A program made the position numbers and the translations under genes. A stretch of 64,000 nucleotides of DNA. Source: a bacterium (GTDB lineage: Bacteria > Bacillota_I > Bacilli_A > RFN20 > CAG-826). The stretch is from NCBI GenBank assembly GCA_963643345.1, contig CAVIJK010000003.1, forward strand, positions 484 to 64,483, in the 5' to 3' direction. Position 1 is the stretch's first letter. The number at the start of each line of letters is the position of its first letter. Shown here piece after piece: positions 8,839 to 18,100 of the stretch. The notes under the pieces were generated by a model, which ran no database searches, was not told where the DNA came from, and worked only from the letters and a program-made list of their open reading frames with translations.

Positions 8839-9759
8839 ATGAAAAAAACAAAAATCATTCTTCCTGCAATTGCTCTCTTAGCAGTTTCAGGCATCGCATC
8901 AGTCACAGGAACCGTTGCATGGTTCTCTGCAAATAGAGCAGCTACCGTTACTGCCAGCTTCACAGCTACTGATTCTGAAGGTAACTTACAAGTCTTAGCA
9001 AAGAAAGGCGTCGGTACTACAACAACTGCTACTGCAGCAAGTACAACTAGCGCTGTCACCGTTGATGGTGTTCTTACCCATGGCTCTTATAATGCAAAAG
9101 CTGATGGTTCTGGTGAATTATATGTTGCTAACATCAGTGAACATACTTCTACTGTTGATGGTGATACAGCCACTTATGAAGTTACAGGTTATACTTCTAA
9201 AGGTGCTATCACTGGTAACACTGGAACAACCATTACTCCATCCGCTTATCCATGGATGGCAGGTACCACAAATGATGATAATAAGATTTGGTACGCAGTT
9301 TCTTGGACCGTTGATATCAGCTTAGCTCAAAATGGAAACAAGGATTCTACCAAGATGGTCTTCGTAGATTTCAACAAGACCGCGTTCTCTGATGCTAATG
9401 ATGTTAACAATGGTTTCAGAGTTGCTTTAATGGATGGTGCTCATACCTACATTATCGGTAAAGATGATCAAAAGAATCACGTCACCGGCACGGCTAAGAC
9501 AGATGTTGCTGCTTGGTCTACTGAATATCATCAATTTGCTGAAAACTACACTGCAGTCCAAGATAACGCTTCCAAGGCCGCATCTGAAGTTGTTGAAAAA
9601 GGCTTCTTATTCGAATTAAGCGGAACAGAAGCTAAAACTCTTACCTGCGTTGCATGGTATGAAGGCGAAGACACCAATGTTGTCAGCAATACTAACAATA
9701 AATTCAATGCTTCTGGTCTTACTTTAAGTTTCTATTGCAGACAAACAACCTTAGCTTAA
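8839..9759 (+). CDS. TasA/camelysin-like secreted fibre subunit with SipW-type signal peptide (306 aa); candidate major subunit
   Basis: N-terminus MKKTKIILPAIALLAVSGIASVTGTVAWFSANRAATVTASF matches the SipW-cognate signal pattern (TM then GT.A.FS...ftA). The mature part is T/A/G/N-rich. The C-terminal two-strand motif TLTCVAWYEGEDTN...LTLSFY parallels TasA VQMEIQFKDD...IKLQFSF. The gene has its own promoter and terminator. Confidence 0.78.
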   Translation: MKKTKIILPAIALLAVSGIASVTGTVAWFSANRAATVTASFTATDSEGNLQVLAKKGVGTTTTATAASTTSAVTVDGVLTHGSYNAKADGSGELYVANISEHTSTVDGDTATYEVTGYTSKGAITGNTGTTITPSAYPWMAGTTNDDNKIWYAVSWTVDISLAQNGNKDSTKMVFVDFNKTAFSDANDVNNGFRVALMDGAHTYIIGKDDQKNHVTGTAKTDVAAWSTEYHQFAENYTAVQDNASKAASEVVEKGFLFELSGTEAKTLTCVAWYEGEDTNVVSNTNNKFNASGLTLSFYCRQTTLA

Positions 9760-9802
9760 GATCGATAATCTTTAAATCTAATTATTAACCTTTGAAAAAC
9801 TC

Positions 9803-9848
9803 AAGGAGCCACGAGAATGTCCAATCTTATGGCTCCTTATTTATTTAG
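9803..9848 (+). terminator. Intrinsic terminator after the 8839 gene
   Basis: AAGGAGCC..GGCTCCTT stem followed by ATTTATTT. Confidence 0.55.
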
Positions 9849-9904
9849 CTAATCCAATTCCGGTTTTTATAACTTTCTTTAAATTAAAGCCTGTACAATA
9901 TAAA

Positions 9905-10185
9905 GCCTATCAATAGGGACTCGTGCCGCAGAGAAGGCGTCCGGCCATATATTTTTTATGGAAACAGAAGGAGTGTGCCATGAACATTAAAAATGGTCCG
10001 GCGTGATGCGGTTCCTTCCGCATGACCCGCAGAAAAGAATCGCCGTAGCTGGCCGAATCAAAGGTAACGGGGGAAAGCCTGGAATGCACGATGCACAATA
10101 TCGGCGGGGTCCGATGCCTGAAACTGCTCAAAGGGTCCGTTCAACTCATAACTTACGCCATTTAATGATGGCGTTTTTCTTTTTG
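9905..10185 (+). ncRNA. Unassigned GC-rich structured RNA / leader with its own intrinsic terminator
   Basis: About 280 nt that is GC-rich relative to its flanks. Hairpins include GCC-GCAGAGAA-GGC and ATGCGG-TTCCTT-CCGCAT (10005-10022). An 8-codon mini-ORF (9980-10006, MNIKNGPA*) sits 6 nt after AAGGAG. A strong terminator ACGCCAT..ATGGCGT plus TTTTTCTTTTT lies at 10155-10185. Both long ORFs here look spurious. Confidence 0.4.
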
Positions 10186-10247
10186 CCTTTAGCCACCAGA
10201 TGTAGTATCGTAATGTTTAGCAGCTGCTTATTTATATAATAAATATG

Positions 10248-10275
10248 TTGCATTCAATCCTGGATTTGATATAGT
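10248..10275 (+). promoter_or_regulatory. Candidate sigma-A promoter for riboswitch 2
   Basis: TTGCAT (10248-10253), 16-nt spacer, TATAGT (10270-10275). Confidence 0.45.
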
Positions 10276-10279
10276 AATG

Positions 10280-10352
10280 CCTGTAAAGAGCAAAACTAGA
10301 GGAATCTAGTGACGCAAAGCTAAAGGGTCTACCTTAGATAGCCAGCTGCCAG
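10280..10352 (+). promoter_or_regulatory. c-di-GMP-I (GEMM-I) riboswitch aptamer, copy 2
   Basis: GAGCAAAA, CTAGA-GGAA-TCTAG, GACGCAAAGC, GGGTCTA..TAGATAGCCAGCTGCC. Same architecture and near-identical core as copy 1. Confidence 0.8.
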
Positions 10353-10400
10353 ACGATCACCACGATAATAATAGGTGTTTGATAGGCGGCTATTTTTATT
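10344..10400 (+). terminator. Candidate expression-platform terminator of riboswitch 2
   Basis: AGCTGCC (10344-10350, the aptamer 3' side) can pair with GGCGGCT (10385-10391), followed by ATTTTTATT. An inner hairpin CACC..GGTG is present. Confidence 0.35.
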
Positions 10401-10504
10401 GGATGAGACAGTCATTGGACGGGAAAACTGATTCTGATCGCATTGCACAGCGAAAAGGATTGAGTATCCGTATATTTTGGTTTTAAGAACATTAAACATA
10501 ATTC

Positions 10505-11344
10505 ATGGTTGATTTAGAATACGTAAAAAAACGAAAAAAGAAAAAGATAGCCACTTATGCTAGTTCAATTGCAACTATTGGACTGCTTGCTTTGATCATC
10601 ATTTCATTCTTAGGAAAGAAGATTGGTAATTTCACTATTGAAATGCAAAGACGCGGTACTGAACTTGCATTATCGACTGACAAATCTTTTGAAAGCCATA
10701 CGACCTTTTTGTCTATTGACGACATTCCGACGCATTCAGGCTATTACTACGATGATATGTTAAATAGATTTACTGACGATACAATCGACTCGGTTGAATC
10801 TAATGACAAATTATATTATGAGACTGATCGCGATGGGACAAAGACTGGCACCTTCTTCTTTAAGTATACTTTTTATCTCAAAAATCTTGGAACTGACGAT
10901 GCATTTTATTCCTCGTCGTTTGTAATTAAAGATATCGTTAGAGATGAGAATTTTAACTATGATTTATCCGACATTTTAAGAGTTCGCGTTTATAACAATG
11001 ATGCAGATTCAGACGAACACACAAATACAATCTACGCCAAACAAAACATCAGCTATACCCACATCGATGAAAACGGACAGGAATCGTATGATTCTCCTGT
11101 TTGCATTGATAGAGATACAGGTGAGGTTATTGGCGGCTATGCAACTTCATTTAAAAGTGATTCTATTGTGTGCGAAGATGAAAAGACCCCTATTAAAACG
11201 GGCGAATGCAGACGTATAACTTTAGTCATGTGGCTAGAACTTTCTGATGAGCAAGCCGTTGGCGATATGCCAAAAAATACAAGTATGAAGTTGGTGTATA
11301 ACCTAGAGGGCGCTCAATCATTCCAAAATCAAGATGAGGATTAA
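10505..11344 (+). CDS. Membrane-anchored TasA-like paralog (279 aa) lacking the AWF/AWY signal motif; candidate fibre anchor/nucleator
   Basis: K-rich N-terminus plus one TM (IATYASSIATIGLLALIIISFLG). The C-terminal motif RRITLVMWLELSDEQ...MKLVYNL is shared with the three neighbouring TasA-like proteins. The RBS is weak. Confidence 0.7.
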   Translation: MVDLEYVKKRKKKKIATYASSIATIGLLALIIISFLGKKIGNFTIEMQRRGTELALSTDKSFESHTTFLSIDDIPTHSGYYYDDMLNRFTDDTIDSVESNDKLYYETDRDGTKTGTFFFKYTFYLKNLGTDDAFYSSSFVIKDIVRDENFNYDLSDILRVRVYNNDADSDEHTNTIYAKQNISYTHIDENGQESYDSPVCIDRDTGEVIGGYATSFKSDSIVCEDEKTPIKTGECRRITLVMWLELSDEQAVGDMPKNTSMKLVYNLEGAQSFQNQDED

Positions 11345-11346
11345 TT

Positions 11347-12423
11347 GTGAAGAAAATTAACTTATTTCTCCCAACTTTAATTGCTACCGTTGCCTCGCTT
11401 TCTATAGCAAGTATCGGTGCTACCTACGCTTGGTATCAGTATCAAACTTTTGTTTCCATCAACCTCGGCGGAACATCAATTGATACAACCAAGTTATTTG
11501 AAATTGGTTTGGTTAGTGATGTGCAGCTTGATGTCGATAAGTATGGATTATCATATGAGAAAATTGGCGACAAGAATATCTATTGGGTTAATAGCGCCTC
11601 AACTGCCGGTGTTACGAATTATTATCTCGAAAGAAATGGTTATGGCACTGATCAATTAGAGGGAGTTACAAGCGGTAAATACACTACTGGTTCTTTGACT
11701 TCTGATGGAAAAGATGCTTTCTTCCTAAAAAAAGCACCTAACTCATTAGATAATTATTACCACCCTAATCCTGGTTATTACGACTACGCATCAAAACAAA
11801 ACTATCTACATTTTGATTTTGCGTTCCGATTAACAGAAAAATCTCCTGAAGGTTCTTCAATTGTTGAAAATATCGGTGTTAGACTTTCTAATTTCGATTT
11901 CGAATCTTCGGAAGGAGAGTTGGCTAATGCTGTTAGACTTCACTTCTGTGATGAGGATAACCCAGAGTCTTCATTTATCTACAATCCAAGCAGTGTTGAC
12001 GATGGACAAACAACAGTCGGCGGTGTCCTTGATTTAATCAATTCCGGCAACTACGACACCATTTATAGAAATGGCAGTCTTTATGAATATGCCTATGGCG
12101 AATACGAGACTCTTGTTTATAACGACGAAAAAACTACCGATGGTTCTGATGTCGATATATTTGACGCTGGCAATGGTAACAGTTTTGTTGCTAACCACTT
12201 AAATAATGCTTATGCGGTTAATCAAGAAGAGACTGTTTGGTCAACGTGCGATTACCTTGGTGCTAAGACGGTTATCTCTAAAGAAAGAAGAATCGCTTCT
12301 AGCGGTGCTGATGGTATTGCGTATTTTTCCATGGACATTTACCTTGAAGGGTGGTCGGAAGTATTCATCAATAAGGAAATGGATCACTACTTCAAATGCA
12401 ATATAGGGTTTGAAAGTATATGA
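11347..12423 (+). CDS. TasA/camelysin-like protein with SipW-type signal peptide (358 aa)
   Basis: GTG start 7 nt after GAGGA. N-terminus ...VASLSIASIGATYAWYQYQT. C-terminal motif YFSMDIYLEGWSE...FKCNIGF. Confidence 0.78.
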   Translation: MKKINLFLPTLIATVASLSIASIGATYAWYQYQTFVSINLGGTSIDTTKLFEIGLVSDVQLDVDKYGLSYEKIGDKNIYWVNSASTAGVTNYYLERNGYGTDQLEGVTSGKYTTGSLTSDGKDAFFLKKAPNSLDNYYHPNPGYYDYASKQNYLHFDFAFRLTEKSPEGSSIVENIGVRLSNFDFESSEGELANAVRLHFCDEDNPESSFIYNPSSVDDGQTTVGGVLDLINSGNYDTIYRNGSLYEYAYGEYETLVYNDEKTTDGSDVDIFDAGNGNSFVANHLNNAYAVNQEETVWSTCDYLGAKTVISKERRIASSGADGIAYFSMDIYLEGWSEVFINKEMDHYFKCNIGFESI

Positions 12424-13574
12424 ACTACAAGAAGATTATACCTATTGCCTTAGTTGCCATTTCTTGCTCATTACTTGCTTCTGTCGGCATGTCTGTAGCT
12501 TGGTATAGTAATGGTTCATATTTGCGTCTTTCTAACGTTGAAGTCTCATTGATGTCTGAGCCTGAATTAGGTTTAGGCCTGACATATAGTGACAATAAAA
12601 ACGATTACCATTTTGGTGAGTTTCCTTACGATGAACTCCCTAAGATGAAAAGTGGTTATTCGGATGTCTACGAAGAAGGACAAGAGTCTGATATCAACGG
12701 ATTTGTTCCGGTTTCGGCGATGTTTTCTAAGGAATGGATTGGCAAAAACGATGAAAACGGTTTAATTGATCCAATTTTCTATCAAAATTACAAACACGGA
12801 TTAATCATTGACACCAAGACATACCAAAAGACTTCTGCAGCAATCTCTGGATTCTATTCCGTACCGATGTATCTTTATTGCGATAGAGATATGTACGTCT
12901 CGATTGATAGTAAAACAACGGGATTTGCGGTTGACGAAAAGAAAAACCTTGAGACGGCCAAAGAGCTTCATGAAAAAGATGATAAGTACTCGGTTGATGA
13001 ATACGTTAAAGCCTTAGCGGGCGTTGTCAACTCTTTAAGATTCTCGATTTACGATTGCGAAACCTATAAATATTGGATAATTGACCCCTATAAAGGTGAT
13101 ACAACTACATATTATGGTGGCACTCTGGATTTAGATGGCAGCGGATCGTTCGATACATACTACGATTCCGACAATAAGATTTTCAAAGAATTCTTATTTG
13201 GAGAGTATCAAGACCCAGAGAATATTGTATATACGGATGAACCAATAGAAGATACGACAACCACATTTAACGCTTTCTCAGCTAACCATGTACAAGGTGC
13301 CCAAACTGTTGATATGGATTACTACTTATCCAACAACCTTATCGCTAAAGAAGAAAGCTATACACCGGAAGAACTATCAAAAGGAGATATGATTGCGATG
13401 AAAAATCATGTCCCACATAGAATTGTCTTATCTATTTACATCGAAGGATGGGATAGAGATAATACATCTGTATCGGCAATGGGATCGTTCTTCTCTTCGA
13501 TTAAGTTTAAACTTACAAGACAAAATTTTGATGCATCTGAGAATGATATTGCGAGCAGTTCTCAGAATGAATAA
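12420..13574 (+). CDS. TasA/camelysin-like protein with SipW-type signal peptide (384 aa)
   Basis: ATGA overlap with the upstream gene. N-terminus ...SLLASVGMSVAWYSNGS. C-terminal motif RIVLSIYIEGWDRDN...SIKFKL. Confidence 0.78.
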   Translation: MNYKKIIPIALVAISCSLLASVGMSVAWYSNGSYLRLSNVEVSLMSEPELGLGLTYSDNKNDYHFGEFPYDELPKMKSGYSDVYEEGQESDINGFVPVSAMFSKEWIGKNDENGLIDPIFYQNYKHGLIIDTKTYQKTSAAISGFYSVPMYLYCDRDMYVSIDSKTTGFAVDEKKNLETAKELHEKDDKYSVDEYVKALAGVVNSLRFSIYDCETYKYWIIDPYKGDTTTYYGGTLDLDGSGSFDTYYDSDNKIFKEFLFGEYQDPENIVYTDEPIEDTTTTFNAFSANHVQGAQTVDMDYYLSNNLIAKEESYTPEELSKGDMIAMKNHVPHRIVLSIYIEGWDRDNTSVSAMGSFFSSIKFKLTRQNFDASENDIASSSQNE

Positions 13575-13585
13575 AGGAGAAACCT

Positions 13586-15109
13586 ATGAGTGATTACTTT
13601 ACATACTTGTCAGAAGTAGTGGAAGCTTTCTGGAAAAACTTCTGCACCTTCATGTATGACACATTTGTCACACCTTGGTCAAAGGTTGGTGGCAATTTCC
13701 AACACTACCACACAATCTTCTACACTTACTATCAGAGTTTCGGATTTTGGGGTTGGTTTTTCTTCATTTTATTCGCACTTTTGTTACTCGCAGCAGTAGG
13801 CGGTTTGGTATTTCTTATTGTTATAGGCCTTAGAAAATATGTTAAGTTCTACAGGAAAGAACTTGATAAAGATGCTCTTAGAGAACAGGTAGATAGACTC
13901 AATTATGAACTCTATCAAGCCGTTGCAGAGAAAGATAGAATTCTTGGACTGCAAGTTAATGCGCTTGGCTTAAAGAACCCAGAATTAGATAAGAAGAATG
14001 CTCAGGATGTCGTTGATGAAGTTTCATCAAGATTCCCTAAACTTACATGGGTTGACCATCAATATGCGGATTTCGACGCAACAATTCCTGATATCCCAGA
14101 TTTCACATTGGAGGAATTGTGCAATAGATTTAGATTATTCGCGGCCTCTCAGTTACATCTTTATTATACAGTAGATACAATTAGACAACTGTTTGCAGGT
14201 ATGGCTACCTCCAAATTGATGATTCTTGAAGGTATTTCCGGTACAGGTAAAACTTCCATGGCGTATGCTTTGGGTAAATTCTTCCAATACGACGCGAATA
14301 TCTGCTCGGTTCAGCCTTCTTGGAAAGATAGATCAGAACTTATCGGTTACTACAACGAATTCACCAAGAAATTCAATGAAACCGAATTCTTACGTGCTTT
14401 ATATACAGCAACATACCGTAAAGATATCAACATCATCGTCCTCGATGAAATGAACTTGGCACGTATCGAATACTACTTCGCAGAATTCTTATCCGTCATG
14501 GAAATGCCTAACATCAATGAATGGAACATTGAATTAATCAACACCTATTCAAATGATGATCCTAAGAACGTCCATAACGGCAAAATGTTAATCCCTCAGA
14601 ATGTTCAGTTCTTCGGTACCGCTAACAACGATGACTCCACATTCACAATCTCAGATAAGGTCTATGACCGTGCTATATCCTTATTCTTTGATAATAAAGG
14701 TATTGCCTTTGATGCTGAATTCACTGATCCAGTCAAATTATCATATGATCAATTCCATCAATTATGCATTAATGCATGGAATGACTATCCAATATCTGAT
14801 GCAATTTTAGATAAATTCGGTGAGCTTGATAACTTTGTTATCGCTAAATTCAAACTTGCGTTTGGTAACCGTATTTTGAAACAGATGAAATCATTTGTTC
14901 CAGCCTATGTTGCGTGCGGTGGCACTGAAATCGACGCAGTCGACTTCATCTTCACCAACAAGATTCTCAAGAAGTTCGAGTCATTGAATGTCGCATTCTT
15001 GAGAGACGAATTGGGCGAACTCAACCTTAAACTTGATGAATTATTTGGTGAAGGTACATTCAAGATGGCCCACAAATACATCAATAACTTGCTGAAGATG
15101 TCAGCTTAA
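13586..15109 (+). CDS. Membrane-anchored McrB-like AAA+ (AAA_5 / COG1401-type) NTPase (507 aa)
   Basis: One TM (FWGWFFFILFALLLLAAVGGLVFLIVIGL) followed by a coiled coil. Walker A is GISGTGKTS and Walker B is IIVLDEMNLARIEYYFAEFLSVME. FFGTANNDDSTFTISDKVYDRA matches the McrB-family pattern GT.N.D..T...S.KV.DRA. A strong RBS (AAAGGAG) precedes the start. Confidence 0.82.
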   Translation: MSDYFTYLSEVVEAFWKNFCTFMYDTFVTPWSKVGGNFQHYHTIFYTYYQSFGFWGWFFFILFALLLLAAVGGLVFLIVIGLRKYVKFYRKELDKDALREQVDRLNYELYQAVAEKDRILGLQVNALGLKNPELDKKNAQDVVDEVSSRFPKLTWVDHQYADFDATIPDIPDFTLEELCNRFRLFAASQLHLYYTVDTIRQLFAGMATSKLMILEGISGTGKTSMAYALGKFFQYDANICSVQPSWKDRSELIGYYNEFTKKFNETEFLRALYTATYRKDINIIVLDEMNLARIEYYFAEFLSVMEMPNINEWNIELINTYSNDDPKNVHNGKMLIPQNVQFFGTANNDDSTFTISDKVYDRAISLFFDNKGIAFDAEFTDPVKLSYDQFHQLCINAWNDYPISDAILDKFGELDNFVIAKFKLAFGNRILKQMKSFVPAYVACGGTEIDAVDFIFTNKILKKFESLNVAFLRDELGELNLKLDELFGEGTFKMAHKYINNLLKMSA

Positions 15110-15128
15110 TTAATCTACAAATCGTTTT

Positions 15129-18100
15129 ATGCAAAAAAAGAAGAAAATCGAAAACTTAAACAATTCGACCGCTACCAGAAATGGGGCGGATTCTTCTCTT
15201 TCGGGCGCGCACACAGGCACAGGCAAGGGAACTAAGAAATCCAAAGTCAGCAGAAAAGAATTAGAGAAGCTCTCAAGAAAACCAAAAACCGCCAAAGAGG
15301 AGAAAGTGTCGCTTTCAGAAGAAGGCTTCCTTGAAATCGCCAAGGAACTAAAACCTCAGAAAGAGGATATTTTCGATGCAGGCAAAATTGAATTTGGAGA
15401 GGATAAAGTCTTAAAAGAAGAAGCTGATGAATCACCAGTTGATACTCCAATCGATGAGAATGCTTCAGATATCGCTAGATTGGCTGAATTGGCTCTTCAA
15501 GATGAGAAGAGAGTTGAAGAACAAGAAGCGGAAGCCGAGAAAGAACGTATCGAAAAAGAAGAACAGGCCAAGGTACTTAAAGAAGAACAAGAAAGATTGG
15601 CAGAGGAACAGGAAGAAATCGATAGAGAAGCCGCAGACGACACTCCTAAATCGGATAGAGTTCCTCCAAAAGAAGTTCCATCCCCTGAGACAATCACAAA
15701 GAAAGACGAAGATTTATTTGACTACGATTCAAAGAATAAGATCCTTGAAAATGTCATCAAATCCGCAGTCTTAGAAGATGAGGATTTAGATCGTTTATCA
15801 AAACTCCTTGGCAATGGAAATTCTGTCCATACTCTAAGATTATCTCGCCATGAGACCGGATCATTCGATATGGCGTGGGTTAAAGCGGTAGAAGACGCAA
15901 TCCCTGCCATCGATGAAATTCTCAAGAATCCTAGAATCAACACTAAAGTGGTTACAGATATCGTTCCGGTTGAACTCGCAAAGAAGACTGGATCGGAATC
16001 AGTTAAACACTTAGCGTCCCACACTCAGTATGTTAAAGACATCGATGAGAATGGTAACGTTATCCCGTCGAAGATCCTTAATATCGGTTCCGATGACGAA
16101 TATATCACATATGAAAATAGATTCGTCGCAACGGTAATTAGACGCCTAGTCCTCTTTATCGAAAAGAGATATGACTTCATCGTCAAATATTCCGAATTAA
16201 AAGATTATGACATCCTCTATATCAAGAACCATTCCGATGTTAACGGATTGGCAGTGGATGTTGAATCTAAAGTGGTGGTATCACGCCCATCCGGCAAAGG
16301 TGCTGCTGACGGAGAGGATAACGCTTCCTTGATGAAGCGTATCAACCTCATGAGAAGGTACGCTAAATTCTTCTATTCATCTGATTTCATGAAGAGATTC
16401 AAGAATGAGAAGAATGTTCGTGCTCCAATCATGCAGACTAACATCATTAGGAAAAACCCTAAATACCATAAGGTTTATAACCTCTATCGTTTCATGGAGA
16501 TGTATAGAGCCTTAGGCGTAGAATTCACGGTAAAAGAAGACTACTACCTCCCAGAACAAGCGGATTTAGATACAATCAACAATTTGACAGTGGCTAACTT
16601 TCTTGCCGCTAGAGCAAAACCATCAGAAAAAGACAAAGTCAGTAAAGTAGAGGTTAAGAATCCTGAGGTTTTAACAACCGTCGATGATGATATCTTCACA
16701 TTCTTCCCGACTGGAGAATATCCTGAGTACGTTAGAGTGGACGAAGAGTATCTCAGATGGAAAGAAAGAAACACCAAGGACCTTAAAGAAGACCCGAATG
16801 AGCTTGAAAAAGCCTATAGAGGCAATGACTATCTTAGAAAAGCAAAGGCAGAGAAGGAACGCGCTAGACGCGAAGCCCTTAAGGCAAGACGTGAGAAAGA
16901 ACGTCAGGAATTCCTAGAAGAGCAAGAGAGACTCAAAGCCGAGAAAGAGGCCGAGAGAATCCGCCAAGAGAAACTCGCCAAGGAAAGAGAAGAAGCCAAG
17001 GCTCTCGTTGAGCTTGAGGCCGCTAGAGAAGCCGTTAGACAGGCCGCTAGAGAAGAAGACGAGGACTTATTGCTTGCAATAGTCACACCAGTTGAAATTA
17101 CAATCACAGGCGATACCGAAATCGTTGCTAAGACAACATATGCGCAGCTCGAATCAACGGTAGAATTCTATATTGCTGATCCATCACTTGTTTGGTCATC
17201 ATCCAATGAGGAAATCGCAACCGTTGACCAAACCGGATATGTTTCCGGTTGGAAGGAGGGCGATGTTGTCATTAGGGCAACATCGGTTGAGGACCCATCA
17301 TGCTATACGGATTACGAGATGCATGTTTATCCAAGGCCTCCGATCACTGTCAGTTTCCCAACAATCGACAAGATTCTTGTTACTAAAGAGGCAACGCTTA
17401 CCCCAGTTGTTAGAAACGCAGATGATTTATCGGTCATCTGGCATTCTTCCAATGAGGCAGTTGCTACGGTTATAGACGGTGTAGTCCATGCTTATTCTGC
17501 AGGCAATGTCGTCATCACCGCTTTCTCGTCCGAGGATCCAACAAAATCACACTCAATCTGCATCCACCCATTAGATGGCATTGAATTAAGTGGAGAATCT
17601 CATTCAATAGTTTCAAGAAGAACAACTCTTCAGTTGAACGCATTCTCTAATGTTTCAGCAGACGACATGATTCTGTTCTTCTCGAGCGACGAAAATATCG
17701 CAACGGTTGATCAGAATGGACACGTTGAAGGCGTCTCATGGGACGGAGGAGAAGTCGAAATCAAAGTCATCTCCACAGTTGACCCAACAATTTCAAATAC
17801 ATATAAGGTTACAGTCTTGCCTAAACCTATCGTCAGTGTTACGCTCGAAGGCGATTCAAGAGTGTTCCTCTCTAGACCAAATCAATTGATTGGCACAGTC
17901 ATCAACGCGATGGTCAATGATGTCACATGGACATCGTCTGACGAAAGCGTTGCTACAGTTGTAGACGGGGTTGTTACCGGCGTTTCAATCGGCAGTGCAA
18001 CCATCACTTGCAGGTCAAATGAAGAGACCGATAAGTTCGCAACACTCGATATCGAGGTTAAAGAAGCAATCATCATTGCAGAGCATAAAGATTCCCTCAT

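Noticed and set aside
9905-10185. Assigning the structured element to SRP RNA, tmRNA, cobalamin, lysine, FMN, SAM, c-di-AMP or ykkC riboswitch classes
   Set aside because: Only short chance-level resemblances were found (for example GUGCCGCAG, ACGGGGGAAAGCC). The diagnostic cores of these classes, as I remember them, are absent or wrongly spaced, so it is left unassigned.
9910-10239. ORFs 9910-10131 (-) and 10003-10239 (+)
   Set aside because: Both lie in the GC-rich structured element and give R/P/G/C-rich translations. The plus-strand one runs through an intrinsic terminator. An RNA element is the better explanation.
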